NCBI GenBank assembly: GCA_963704745.1
Contig: OY969936.1
Coordinates: 2,047,527-2,111,526, forward strand
Source of the DNA: an uncultured Alphaproteobacteria bacterium
GTDB taxonomy: Bacteria > Pseudomonadota > Alphaproteobacteria > Rhizobiales > Beijerinckiaceae
Length of the DNA: 64,000 bases
Direction: 5' to 3'
Part shown: positions 19,150 through 29,117 of the stretch, one piece after another
Position numbering within the stretch: position 1 is the stretch's first letter
How the letters are laid out: the number at the start of each line of letters is the position of its first letter
Position numbers and translations under genes: made by a program
The notes under the pieces: model-generated
The model's input: the letters and a program-made list of their open reading frames with translations, nothing else
Database searches by the model: none
Told to the model about the DNA's origin: nothing

Positions 19150-19530
19150 TCAATCTCTGAAATAGCGGAGACAGACCGGATTGCCGTTGGCGTCCGGCTG
19201 GGCCCTCCACCGGGCGCAGCGCGGCCCCGGACCAGCATCGGGGCCCGCATCCGGACCCGGGCCCGGCGCCGGGCCGGGCGCCGAGGCTGGATCGTAATAG
19301 GCCGGCGGAGGCGGCGGAGGCGGATAATAGCCCGGGGGCGGCGGCGGTGGCGGCGCAGCGCCCGCAGCCGCGGCACCGACCATGACGCCAAGCGCGGTTC
19401 CGCCGAGGATGCCGGCGGCGATGGCGCCGCCGTCACCTGCCCGCGCCGGCATGGCGACCGCGGTCATTACGCTCGCGGCAAGCCCGAGGGCCACCACGGA
19501 TTTGAGTGCCGATCCGATCTTCTTCGACAT
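19150..19530 (-). CDS. Exported Pro/Gly-rich hypothetical protein
   Basis: Signal peptide (AMPARA), GGAIAAGILGGTALG glycine-zipper-like segment, poly-Pro, terminal Cys pair; GGAGGG RBS. Confidence 0.75.
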   Translation of the reverse strand: MSKKIGSALKSVVALGLAASVMTAVAMPARAGDGGAIAAGILGGTALGVMVGAAAAGAAPPPPPPPGYYPPPPPPPAYYDPASAPGPAPGPGPDAGPDAGPGPRCARWRAQPDANGNPVCLRYFRD

Positions 19531-19887
19531 GATCCCTCCTGAAAAGGGCGCTTGAAAAGAGCGCGATTCGCGACAGGTTTCTTCAACGACGCTATGATTC
19601 TTAACATAGCGATAAAGGCGCTATGTTTTGTTCACAAGGCCGAGATGGAGCGCGGTTTTTCCCGGCCTTCACAAAGTGCATCGGCCTTATGAGTCGACCA
19701 TTTTTAAACTGTCCACTCGGGCCCCGATAGTCGGTAGCGGCCCATTGCGGCAAGGATGCGGCCGAATTGGCGGGAGACGGTTGCATGTCGCCGCGCCCGC
19801 TGCTAGCTCAATCCGTCTCGAACGGGCCGCGCTGCCGGGCGGCGCCCCCTTGGGCGCAACCCAGACCTCCGGTCCCCGACGGGAAAC

Positions 19888-19963
19888 GCCGGTTTAGCTC
19901 AGTTGGTAGAGCAACTGATTTGTAATCAGTAGGTCGCGGGTTCAACTCCTGCAACCGGCACCA
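19888..19963 (+). tRNA. tRNA-Thr(TGT)
   Basis: GCCGGTTTAGCTCAGTTGGTAGAGCAACTGATTTGTAATCAGTAGGTCGCGGGTTCAACTCCTGCAACCGGCACCA, 76 nt with CCA. Confidence 0.98.
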
Positions 19964-20356
19964 CATCATCGTCTGATGGCGTGCGATAACGTCTTGTCGT
20001 AAGCCATACCTCAGGGAGGAGCACTTTTCAGGGGGAAGACCACCGACAGCCTCCGGAGACTTCATGTGCGCGTCAGGGCGCGCCTTGACTTCAGAAATTT
20101 CTTGGTGGCGAATTGCAAATATGAGACATCTGTCGCCTAGCGCCGCGAGATATTGGTCGACGCTACGCTTCCTGGTCAACTCGGAGCTTCTCATAGCGAT
20201 GCGGCTATGCGGGAACAGCTCTCGTCGTGAAGCTGATGGCAGAACCACGATTTCGAAGAGAATGCCCTGAACGAGTGCTGCTAGTGATGGATAACCGCGC
20301 GAATCAAACACAGAAGCGGCTGCGCCTCTCTCGCGTTTCGCGATGAGTGCCCCCTC

Positions 20357-21706
20357 GTGATCATCCTGATCGATCTTCTGTTTGTCTGCTTTGTCCTCGC
20401 AGCTTTCATTTTGGGTTTGCGTGCAGGTGTTGCCGCGCTAATTGTCGTGCGCCCACTATGTGATCGCCTGTTTGAGTCAGGACGGTTTGACATCGCCGGG
20501 CATGCCGAAAGCGCCGGCGCTATAATGAATGTCATCGTGATCTGTACGGTGATTTTCAATATAGCGAGAATATCAAAATATACTCCTCCCCCCCTGAAAA
20601 ATATTTGGTTTCCGTTTCTGTTTGTCTGCGCGGCTGCGGTCATTTACTCGCCCGTCCAGGTCGATGCGCTGCGGACGCTTCTCACCTACGTGTGCTACTA
20701 CGCAATGTTTGCGCTTTCTTTCGTGGTCGTCAGATCGGAAGACGATGCGCTATCATTCCTAAAGCTGATAGTTCTGTCTTCGGTATTGCCGGTGCTGTAT
20801 GCGCTTTTTCAGATCGTGTCCGGAATCGATTGGGTAGTGTCGCCCGATTGGGAACACGTTTCTCGAATCCGAAGCACGTTTTCTCATCCCAATATTCTCG
20901 CTTTCTTTCTGCTAGGGGTCATCGGAGTTATCCTGTTCTTGCTCGTCACAAAGCACGTCAGCATAACCGCTCGAGTGCGTCTTCTTCTGCAACTCTATCT
21001 CGTTCCCCTTCTCGTTGTCCTCATAATGACGAAGACAAGAAGCGCCTGGATTGGTTGTCTGGTGCTGTTTCTCGCATATGGCCTGATTTACGACAAACGG
21101 GTTCTCTTTCTTGTGCTAGTGGTGCCATTCCTTGCGCTCGCACTGCCTGTCGTGTCCGATCGTCTAAAGGATCTGCTGTCTGACACACAGTACGTCGGTG
21201 GGCCGGCTGTGGTCCTTAATTCGTTTGCCTGGCGAGAGCTGTTATGGGAGAACTCGTTCTCCTATATCTGGCGGCAGCCAATATTTGGATATGGTTTGGA
21301 GTCCTTCCATGTCTATTCTCCAATGTTCTTCTCTCCCGAACCAGGCGGGACTTTTGCCCACAATGTTTATATTCAACTTCTTTTCGAAACTGGCCTTATA
21401 GGCTTGATCGGATTTCTATGGATTTTTGCGCGGTGCCTTATCTGGCTTATTCGACGCTGGCAATTTGACTGGCGCGGCACGTCGATGGCTGTCGCAATTG
21501 TGATTGCATACTTAACTTACTCATATTCGGACAACATGCTAGACTATTTAACTTTTCAATGGAGCTTCTGGTCTGCCTTAGGCGCCATTTGTTCACTTAT
21601 GGCTTGGCGCCTTTCACTCGCCCGGCCGCAGTTTGGCGATCGGCCAAAATTGGTTGCAACGCGTACGGCAGGCGCCGCGCCACGCCCTAGCAGGCCAGAA
21701 GCCTAG
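20357..21706 (+). CDS. O-antigen ligase/Wzy-like polymerase
   Basis: About 12 TM helices; RIRSTFSHPN, TKTRSAW, WRELLW...PIFGYG...AHNVYIQLLFETGLIG (Wzy_C-type). Confidence 0.88.
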   Translation: MIILIDLLFVCFVLAAFILGLRAGVAALIVVRPLCDRLFESGRFDIAGHAESAGAIMNVIVICTVIFNIARISKYTPPPLKNIWFPFLFVCAAAVIYSPVQVDALRTLLTYVCYYAMFALSFVVVRSEDDALSFLKLIVLSSVLPVLYALFQIVSGIDWVVSPDWEHVSRIRSTFSHPNILAFFLLGVIGVILFLLVTKHVSITARVRLLLQLYLVPLLVVLIMTKTRSAWIGCLVLFLAYGLIYDKRVLFLVLVVPFLALALPVVSDRLKDLLSDTQYVGGPAVVLNSFAWRELLWENSFSYIWRQPIFGYGLESFHVYSPMFFSPEPGGTFAHNVYIQLLFETGLIGLIGFLWIFARCLIWLIRRWQFDWRGTSMAVAIVIAYLTYSYSDNMLDYLTFQWSFWSALGAICSLMAWRLSLARPQFGDRPKLVATRTAGAAPRPSRPEA

Positions 21707-21843
21707 GCTGTAATGTCCGATCATAGGCGGCTTGTGGCACGGGCCGCCCCCGGAGTGGGAGCAAGCGGTAGAATACCGCGACGAGGCGGACGTGGCTTCC
21801 AAGAGGCCGGCTTATTTGCGGCGAGCGGTGAGCAGGCTATCCC

Positions 21844-22530
21844 ATGCTGATGAATGAGGCGATTTGGATTGGTCGGGCACTGTCGGCGTTGCCGCTAAGT
21901 GAGGCTTCGCCTTGCCTCAACCTTGGTTCCAGCGCAGGTGATTTCCGGAAGATTACGCAGCCATGGATCCAACGGCATGTCATTGCACCAGCGGAGGCAC
22001 GTGGGGTTCGATTTATTCATGCCGACATCAAGGATGCTCCTGGGGTCGATATCGCTGGCGATATCTTTGATCCGGCCTTTCAAGCACGGTTAGCTGCATC
22101 TGAGCCGAACGCGATCTTATGCTGCAACATGTTCGAGCACGTCCTAGACCGCCAGAAGCTCGCTGATGTGTGCATGAAGCTTGTTCGCCCGGGAGGTCAC
22201 ATCATTGTCTCCGTTCCACGAAGCTATCCTTATCACCTCGATCCTATCGATACCTATTTTCGACCAACGCCCTCGGCTATCGCTGAGTTCTTTTCCACTT
22301 GCCAAATCGTCACAAGCGAAGTCGTTTTAGAACATACGTATTGGACAGAAATATCGGCGTTACCCGTTCGGCAGCGGTTGGTTGAGCTGGTGAAGATGGC
22401 CGCTCATTTGTTCATACCGTTCTACAAATGGAATCGCTGGAAAACCCGCCTGCATCCCCTTTTGTGGTTGTTTCGCCGTTACAGAGTCTCGATCGTCGTT
22501 CTCAGAGAAATCGAGCGAACTAACAGGTAA
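21844..22530 (+). CDS. Class I SAM-dependent methyltransferase
   Basis: LNLGSS motif I, IHADIK...DIAGDI, CCNMFEHV, LVRPGGHIIVSVP, YPYHLDPIDTYFR. Confidence 0.8.
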   Translation: MLMNEAIWIGRALSALPLSEASPCLNLGSSAGDFRKITQPWIQRHVIAPAEARGVRFIHADIKDAPGVDIAGDIFDPAFQARLAASEPNAILCCNMFEHVLDRQKLADVCMKLVRPGGHIIVSVPRSYPYHLDPIDTYFRPTPSAIAEFFSTCQIVTSEVVLEHTYWTEISALPVRQRLVELVKMAAHLFIPFYKWNRWKTRLHPLLWLFRRYRVSIVVLREIERTNR

Positions 22531-22539
22531 GTTGCTGCC

Positions 22540-23598
22540 GTGGCCACGATTGATGTCCTTCTTCCTGTACGCAATGGATTGCCGTTCTTAGGCGCAGCAA
22601 TCGAGAGCATAAGAGATCAGACATTTTCTGATTGGAGGCTCCTCATTCTCGATCACGGCTCCTCTGACGGCTCCTTAGAGCTCGCGCAAAAGTACGAAGA
22701 AAAAGATTACAGAATCCAAGTGTTCTCGTTTCCCGCCGCCGAGGCATTGGCAGGCCTCCACAATGCTGGACTTGAAAGGTGTGACTGCCGATATATCATG
22801 CGGCAAGACGCGGATGACATTTCACTTCCTAATCGGATGCTGATCGTCAAGGACGCGTTCATTGCCCGCCCACACCTCGTCGCGGTTGGCGCACCTGTTT
22901 TTACGATCGATAAGTTGGGGCAACGTACAGGGTATGTCAGCGTACCTACGACGCCGGCCGCCATCACTGCAGCCAGTTTCTTTTACAATCCAATTCTTCA
23001 TCCGGCGGTGGCGGCAAACTTCGCTGTGCTCAAACATTATGGCGCGGAGTATGGCAAAGATATTCTTAAAGTGGTTCCGGCGTCGGAGTCACCGTGCATA
23101 ACAAAACTTGCATTGGACTATCTTCTTTTCGGACAATTGGCCCTGTTAGGACCATGCGCTAACCTTGCCGTTCCCCTGGTTGAGTACCGCAGACACGGCG
23201 AAAGCGTGGGGATTCTTAATCCGATTGCGCAAATTGAGGCGGCCTTGCAGGTATCGCGCTTTCTCGCGAACTCCCTGTCCATTATGAAAAGCGTGCCCAG
23301 ATTTGATCCAGGACCATTTTGCAATCATGCGGACTACGTTTTTGATTTTCGGCTTGACGATTACACGCCCGAATTTGAGCGGATGGCTTGCGCGCTGCGT
23401 CGAGGCCTTGGACCCTCTGATGAACTCGAACGGGAGCTGGCATTTCGACGGATCCTGGCCGTCCGAAGGTCCGTGCATATGGCGGCGCGCTACCTTCAGT
23501 TCCGATTGAAACACGCGGCGACCCCAAGCGAATGGCGTACCGTTCGAAACTGGCTGCTGCGGGCGGCCCGCAATGGTAAATACATCTATCGCGGCTGA
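22540..23598 (+). CDS. Glycosyltransferase family 2
   Basis: IDVLLPVRNG, LDHGSSDGS, RQDADDISLPNR. Confidence 0.9.
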   Translation: MATIDVLLPVRNGLPFLGAAIESIRDQTFSDWRLLILDHGSSDGSLELAQKYEEKDYRIQVFSFPAAEALAGLHNAGLERCDCRYIMRQDADDISLPNRMLIVKDAFIARPHLVAVGAPVFTIDKLGQRTGYVSVPTTPAAITAASFFYNPILHPAVAANFAVLKHYGAEYGKDILKVVPASESPCITKLALDYLLFGQLALLGPCANLAVPLVEYRRHGESVGILNPIAQIEAALQVSRFLANSLSIMKSVPRFDPGPFCNHADYVFDFRLDDYTPEFERMACALRRGLGPSDELERELAFRRILAVRRSVHMAARYLQFRLKHAATPSEWRTVRNWLLRAARNGKYIYRG

Positions 23599-23636
23599 GG
23601 TCGAGAAACGCTCCAAACGGGCGTTGAGGGAGGTTC

Positions 23637-24674
23637 GTGGCTATGGCGCCGGCAAGGATGAAAGCAGCCATTGCTTTAGCGCTGCTGATTTGCTGTTGGC
23701 GACTTCCAGCACAGGCCGCCGATTTCGAGCGGTTGGGAGACAGTCAATCGACCGGGAAGCAGCATGGTTACAGAGTATTCGCTGCCGGCAGTTTTTGGTA
23801 TCAGCCGATCCCCGCTAATGCGCCGTTGAACCCCAGCTCGGCCGGGATGTTGCGAAACTTCCTGGCGCAAATTCGCAGCTATTATGGCGATGTCAACCTG
23901 GATATAGCCTCCTGGACAGCACCGATTTATGAGCCGGCGGCAGGGACGCAAACAGTTGCGGTTAGACAGAGACAGGCCTTAAACGCCGGCCTAGCTGCCC
24001 AATGGGCCGCCGTGCCTATGCCCTCCTATACCCAAATCCCCGATTCGCCTGATACCGATAAAGAGGTCGTCCTCTATCAGCCTTCCACCGACAAAATGTG
24101 GGAGTTCTGGCAGCTTGCGCACGACAGCAATGGTGCTTGGGCGGCCTCCTGGGGAGGCGAAATGCAGAACGTATCACTGAACAATGGCATCTGGGCCAAT
24201 CCTTATGGGGCAACGGCCACCGGCCTACCGCTCATCGGTGGCCAGTTGAGTATCGACGAATTGTCAGCTGGCAAGATCAAACATGCGATCGGTATTGCGC
24301 TGGTTGAGACCGCCGCCAACAATGTCGTCTCCTGGCCGGCCAATCGCTCGGATGGATGGTCAAGCGGCAAGTTGCCGGGCACCCTTATTCCCGAAGGATT
24401 GCGTTTTAGGCTCGACCCAACAATAAACGTAGATGCCTTGAATCTCACACCGATCGCCAAGATGGTGGCCAAGGCGGCGCAGATTTATGGATTTGTAGTC
24501 TGGGATCGTGCCGGATCGATCGCACTGCGGGCGGAAAATCCGCTCAGTCGAACAGCATTTGGCAAGCCTGACCCTTATCCGCGACTCACACAAGGAGTGC
24601 CACACTATGCAATCTTCAACAACTTCCCCTGGGATCATCTTCAGTTTCTGCCGATGAACTACGGAAAACCCTAG
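23637..24674 (+). CDS. Secreted hypothetical protein, 345 aa
   Basis: Signal peptide MKAAIALALLICCWRLPAQA; Trp/Gly-rich body (WEFWQ, HAIGIAL, WPANRSDG, IPEGLRFRLDP, YGFVVWDRAG). Start may be ATG 23658. Confidence 0.8.
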   Translation: MAMAPARMKAAIALALLICCWRLPAQAADFERLGDSQSTGKQHGYRVFAAGSFWYQPIPANAPLNPSSAGMLRNFLAQIRSYYGDVNLDIASWTAPIYEPAAGTQTVAVRQRQALNAGLAAQWAAVPMPSYTQIPDSPDTDKEVVLYQPSTDKMWEFWQLAHDSNGAWAASWGGEMQNVSLNNGIWANPYGATATGLPLIGGQLSIDELSAGKIKHAIGIALVETAANNVVSWPANRSDGWSSGKLPGTLIPEGLRFRLDPTINVDALNLTPIAKMVAKAAQIYGFVVWDRAGSIALRAENPLSRTAFGKPDPYPRLTQGVPHYAIFNNFPWDHLQFLPMNYGKP

Positions 24675-24683
24675 GCACCATCA

Positions 24684-25949
24684 ATGCATTCCGCGGATTG
24701 CACTCGCAAACTTGCTTACCTGATAAGCCAATATCCCAAGGTAAGCCACAGTTTCATTCGTCGCGAGATTCTTGCGCTTGAAAAGCAAGGATGGCAAATT
24801 TTTCGATTGTCCATACGGGGCTGGGATCTACCGCTAGTCGATCCCGATGACATTTTAGAGCGAACAAGAACAACTTTTGTATTGAAGGACGGCGCGCTGT
24901 CCCTTGTGACGGCAATTATAAGCCAGCTCTTTTCCAGGCCTCATAGGTTTTTTGCGGCCGCCGCCTTGGCAGTCAGAATGATGCGGTGGTCGGACCGACC
25001 TTTTATCTGGCATCTTTTTTATCTCGCGGAAGCATGCTGGATCGTGCCTCAATTAAAGCGCCACGGCCTAACGCATGTGCATGCTCACTTCGGTGCAAAT
25101 GATGCCGAGGTAGCAATGCTGGTTAGCATGCTCGCGGGGATCAGCTACAGCGTTACCGTCCATGGGCCGGACGAATTCGACAAGGCGCGATCCATCCATC
25201 TTGCCGAGAAGATCAGGCGAGCAGCCTTCGTCGTCGCTATATCCTCATTCGCTCGCGCGCAGATTTTTCGCATTATCGATCATCACGAATGGGACAAGAT
25301 CAAGGTTGTTCATTGCGGTATAGACGCATCATTTGCCGATCTCGCCGCGGTCGTGCCATCGGAGACAAATCGCCTCGTTTGCGTCGGCAGACTTTGTCCC
25401 CAGAAAGGACAACTCCTTCTCGTAAAGGCAATTGCCCAAATCGCCAGAGAGCGACGCGATTTTCATCTTGTCCTCGTCGGAGATGGCGAGCATCGGGGCG
25501 CGATCGAACAATTGATCGCTGAGAATAATTTGGCCAATTTCGTGACAATAACCGGGTGGGCCACCGCGGGCCGCGTTAGAGATGAAATTTTGGCGGCGCG
25601 GGCTATGATCTTGCCCAGTTTTGCCGAAGGCCTGCCGGTTGCGCTTGTAGAAGCAATGGCCTTAGGGCGGCCTGTCTTGAGCACCTATATTGCGGGAATC
25701 CCCGAACTGGTCGTCAACGGCAAGACCGGGTGGCTTTTCCCGGCCGGTTCTGAGAACGCAATGCTGGACGCGATCCGCGCCTGTCTCGACGCGCCGAAAG
25801 AGGCGCTCAAAGCGATGGGCGAGCTGGGACGCGCCCGCGCGCTGGAGAGGCATGATGTGACCAGAGAGGCGGAAAAGCTCACGAGTTTGTTTGAATCCGT
25901 GCTACAGCGGCAGCGTAACCAGCGCAGGCCCGGAAGTGAAACACCATGA
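24684..25949 (+). CDS. Glycosyltransferase family 4 (WcaL-like)
   Basis: YPKVSHSFIRREI, HVHAHFG, VCVGRLCPQKG, SFAEGLPVALVEAMA, IAGIPELV. Confidence 0.92.
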   Translation: MHSADCTRKLAYLISQYPKVSHSFIRREILALEKQGWQIFRLSIRGWDLPLVDPDDILERTRTTFVLKDGALSLVTAIISQLFSRPHRFFAAAALAVRMMRWSDRPFIWHLFYLAEACWIVPQLKRHGLTHVHAHFGANDAEVAMLVSMLAGISYSVTVHGPDEFDKARSIHLAEKIRRAAFVVAISSFARAQIFRIIDHHEWDKIKVVHCGIDASFADLAAVVPSETNRLVCVGRLCPQKGQLLLVKAIAQIARERRDFHLVLVGDGEHRGAIEQLIAENNLANFVTITGWATAGRVRDEILAARAMILPSFAEGLPVALVEAMALGRPVLSTYIAGIPELVVNGKTGWLFPAGSENAMLDAIRACLDAPKEALKAMGELGRARALERHDVTREAEKLTSLFESVLQRQRNQRRPGSETP

Positions 25950-26114
25950 GCTTTGCTTGAGGCCAGTTTGGCGAATTGGGGCGAAGGCCGAAAGGTTGAC
26001 GGCTGGGTCTTAACCCTACCCCAAGGAAGACCAGCTGACCGCAGGTCCTTGCGCATTGCGGCTGAGTTGCCTCGATGCTACCGACTTGATAATCACTAGG
26101 CGCTGGAATGACCA

Positions 26115-26939
26115 ATGCAAGACGTCATCGTTATTGAAGCCGGCCGCACCGAGCGCCACTATTGGCTGGACCTCTGGCGCTATCGGGAACTGTTTCGCGT
26201 GCTAGCTTGGCGCGACTTGGCTGTCCGCTATAAGCAGACCGTCATCGGCGTCCTGTGGGCTCTGATCCGGCCCTTTCTGACGATGGTGATATTTACCATC
26301 ATTTTCGGCCGCATCGCCAAGCTGCCGACGGACGGCAGCGCGCCTTATGCGCTCATGGTGTTCGCCGGCATCCTGCCGTGGACTTTTTTCTCCACGGGCC
26401 TAAGCGAGGCTTCCAATAGCCTCATCACGAATGAGAAGCTCATCAGCAAGGTCTATTTCCCGCGCCTGATCGTGCCCATAGCCACCGTCGTTGTGGCATT
26501 CGTGGACTTTCTGATCAGCTTTTGCATCTTGCTTTTGCTGATGGGCTGGTACCGCTACTCGCCGGATTGGCGGATACTTGTTTTGCCGGTCTTTGCTCTT
26601 TTGGCCTTTTTTGCCAGCATCGGCCCATCCCTCTGGATCACCGCTCTCAATGTTAAATATCGGGATTTTCGTTACGTCATACCGTTCATCGTGCAGTTCG
26701 GCCTTTACGTGTCGCCCGTCGGATTCAGTTCAAGCGTGGTGCCCGCGAAATGGCGGATGCTGTATTCGCTCAATCCTATGGTTGGCGTAATTGACGGGTT
26801 TCGGTGGTGCATACTGCGCGGACAAAGTGAACTATATCTGCCAGGACTGTGGGCGAGTGTTGCCGTGATTGCCTTTTTCCTGTGGTTCGGAGTCCATCAG
26901 TTCCGCAAGATGGAAAAAAGCTTCGCGGACCTGATTTGA
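26115..26939 (+). CDS. wzm: ABC polysaccharide exporter permease Wzm
   Basis: RDLAVRYKQTVIGVLWALIRP, KVYFPR, VKYRDFRY, LNPMVGVIDGFRW. Confidence 0.92.
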   Translation: MQDVIVIEAGRTERHYWLDLWRYRELFRVLAWRDLAVRYKQTVIGVLWALIRPFLTMVIFTIIFGRIAKLPTDGSAPYALMVFAGILPWTFFSTGLSEASNSLITNEKLISKVYFPRLIVPIATVVVAFVDFLISFCILLLLMGWYRYSPDWRILVLPVFALLAFFASIGPSLWITALNVKYRDFRYVIPFIVQFGLYVSPVGFSSSVVPAKWRMLYSLNPMVGVIDGFRWCILRGQSELYLPGLWASVAVIAFFLWFGVHQFRKMEKSFADLI

Positions 26940-26954
26940 GCGAATGAACCAATC

Positions 26955-28235
26955 ATGCCGGACACCGCGATCGTCGTCGAAAATTTGTCCAAGAGCTACC
27001 TCATTGGACACCAATCCGGGTCAAACGGAAAGTACAAGTACAAGGCCCTGCGCGATGTCATGGGACGCGAAATCGGCAACTTTGCGCGCAAGGCTGCCGA
27101 TGTCGTTCGCGGCCGCCAGGTCGTGCAAGGGGATGCGATCGAAGAGTTCTGGGCCCTGAAGGATGTGAGCTTCGAGGTCAAGCAGGGAGAGGTTCTCGGC
27201 ATCATCGGCCGCAACGGCGCCGGCAAAAGCACGCTGCTCAAGATCTTGAGCCGGATCACCGAGCCGACCCGGGGGCGAGTGTTGTTGCGAGGGCGCGTTT
27301 CGAGCCTGCTCGAGGTCGGCACCGGCTTCCACCCCGAACTCACCGGCAGGGAGAACATCTTTCTCAATGGCGCCATCCTCGGCATGACGCAGCGGGAAAT
27401 CCGCAAGAAATTCGACGAAATCGTCGCCTTCGCCGAGGTGGAAAAATTTCTCGACACACCAGTGAAGCACTATTCGTCAGGAATGTATGTGCGCTTGGCG
27501 TTTGCCGTGGCCGCGCACCTCGAGCCGGAGATTTTGGTTGTGGGCGAGGTGCTGGCCGTCGGCGATGTCGAGTTTCAGAAGAAGTGCCTCGGAAAAATGG
27601 AAAACGTGGCGCGATTGGGAAGGACAGTGCTCTTTGTGAGCCATGATATTGATGCGGTTGAGAGGCTTACTTCACGATGCCTCTTGCTTTCAAATGGCCA
27701 ATTGCTGCTCCATGGATCGACTAGAGATGTGGTTACAAAATACCTGCGCGCCTCGCAATCTACGGAAGTCGACCTTGCCCAATATCGGTTGGCTTGCATT
27801 GCCGAGACCGTGTCCGTCAAACGAATCTGGACTGAGACAACATCCGGTCAAAATGCCAAGAGTTTCCGCCAAGGGGAATCGTTCCGAATTGGCGTTGAAA
27901 TCGACGTAAAGAATGTCGACGCGTGTGACCTCGCGATTGTAATAGAGAACAGCCGGCAACATGCAATTTTTGCTACACATCTCAGCGATCACGGTCTTCC
28001 TGTTAATGCAAAAGGCCGGCATACGTTCTATGTGAATATAGTTGAGCCAAACCTTAGGGGCGGTGAGTATCTTATCTCCTTTGCGGCTTTCTCCCTTGAC
28101 CAGAATACAGTTTTTGACCTGGTGAAATATATTCCAGGCTTTCAAGTTGCCGGCACATTGCACAAGACATTTCCCTGCGATAAAAGAGACGGAGATATTT
28201 ACATTCCAGTCAGGTGGCAGGTGAGTCAGTCATGA
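26955..28235 (+). CDS. wzt: ABC polysaccharide exporter ATPase Wzt with C-terminal domain; Walker B Asp replaced by Gly
   Basis: Walker A GRNGAGKST, GFHPELTGREN, YSSGMYVRLAF; Walker B reads ILVVGE rather than ILVVDE; H-loop VSHD; ~150-aa C-terminal extension. Confidence 0.92.
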   Translation: MPDTAIVVENLSKSYLIGHQSGSNGKYKYKALRDVMGREIGNFARKAADVVRGRQVVQGDAIEEFWALKDVSFEVKQGEVLGIIGRNGAGKSTLLKILSRITEPTRGRVLLRGRVSSLLEVGTGFHPELTGRENIFLNGAILGMTQREIRKKFDEIVAFAEVEKFLDTPVKHYSSGMYVRLAFAVAAHLEPEILVVGEVLAVGDVEFQKKCLGKMENVARLGRTVLFVSHDIDAVERLTSRCLLLSNGQLLLHGSTRDVVTKYLRASQSTEVDLAQYRLACIAETVSVKRIWTETTSGQNAKSFRQGESFRIGVEIDVKNVDACDLAIVIENSRQHAIFATHLSDHGLPVNAKGRHTFYVNIVEPNLRGGEYLISFAAFSLDQNTVFDLVKYIPGFQVAGTLHKTFPCDKRDGDIYIPVRWQVSQS

Positions 28236-29083
28236 TGTTGCTTAAAACTGCTATTAGAGCCGCAATACCCGTCGGTTTGCTTGATTTGCGTCGCGCATGG
28301 CAGAAAAGACGGGCGAAAAAGGAGCAATTACTTACACGTTTCAATTTCCACGATCTGCGACGTCAACGAATCGACACGGTTTCCAATACTTTTCTCGGCA
28401 CTCAATTCAAAGCGGACAACTACGAACGGGTAGTAGCCTTTCTAGTCGAGGCGGGCGTCACAGAGCATCACATTCGTGACGGCAGCATTCCGTTTGACTC
28501 ACTCAAATTTATTAACGATACCGTAATATCAAAACTCAATCCAAATAGGCCGTCATTCGTGTTGCATATAGGCAATTTCGTCGGCGTATCATTGGCTTAC
28601 CTTACCGGTAAAATAGTCGATTTGAATTCGCAATCCGTTGTCGTTGCTATTGATCCTAACATCACCCACAGGGGAATCGCAAATCCGCAGTCGCTCGCGA
28701 TGAAATTGCTTTGCAGTTGCGGATTGCAACGAAATGTCATCCCGATCACAGGATTCTCGATCGGAAAGAACATTAGCAACGATGGTGTCATTTTCGAAAA
28801 TTATGATCCTGTTCAGTCCTTTCTGGAAGAAGCCTCCTGCGAGAAAGTGCTCGATAACTTGAGCCTCTTTTTCAACGAGCAATTTGATGTTGCTTGCTTA
28901 GATGGCAATCACGAAGCAACCTATTTGCAGCGAGAAATTGAATCCATTTTGCCTCTCATTAAAAGAGATGGATGGATGATTTTTGATGACGTTGATCAAG
29001 GCTGGCCAGAAATCCAGGATGTATTCAAGAGGGTCGCTCGTGGGGATTGGACGCGATCGCAAGCGATGGGCGTGTTGGTATAG
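28232..29083 (+). CDS. Class I SAM-dependent methyltransferase (Methyltransf_24-like)
   Basis: VLHIGNFVGVS, VVAIDP, FDVACLDGNHE...DGWMIFDD; ATGA overlap with the wzt stop. Confidence 0.75.
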   Translation: MMLLKTAIRAAIPVGLLDLRRAWQKRRAKKEQLLTRFNFHDLRRQRIDTVSNTFLGTQFKADNYERVVAFLVEAGVTEHHIRDGSIPFDSLKFINDTVISKLNPNRPSFVLHIGNFVGVSLAYLTGKIVDLNSQSVVVAIDPNITHRGIANPQSLAMKLLCSCGLQRNVIPITGFSIGKNISNDGVIFENYDPVQSFLEEASCEKVLDNLSLFFNEQFDVACLDGNHEATYLQREIESILPLIKRDGWMIFDDVDQGWPEIQDVFKRVARGDWTRSQAMGVLV

Positions 29084-29117
29084 CGAGACTTGGTGGGCGA
29101 GATAATGGATAAATATA

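Noticed and set aside
20184-20215. Minus-strand trace resembling the IS5-family motif FRRIATRYEKL
   Set aside because: Only about 10 codons and needs frameshifts; too short to call.
19808-20311. 167-aa minus-strand ORF
   Set aside because: Runs antisense through tRNA-Thr; no coding signal.
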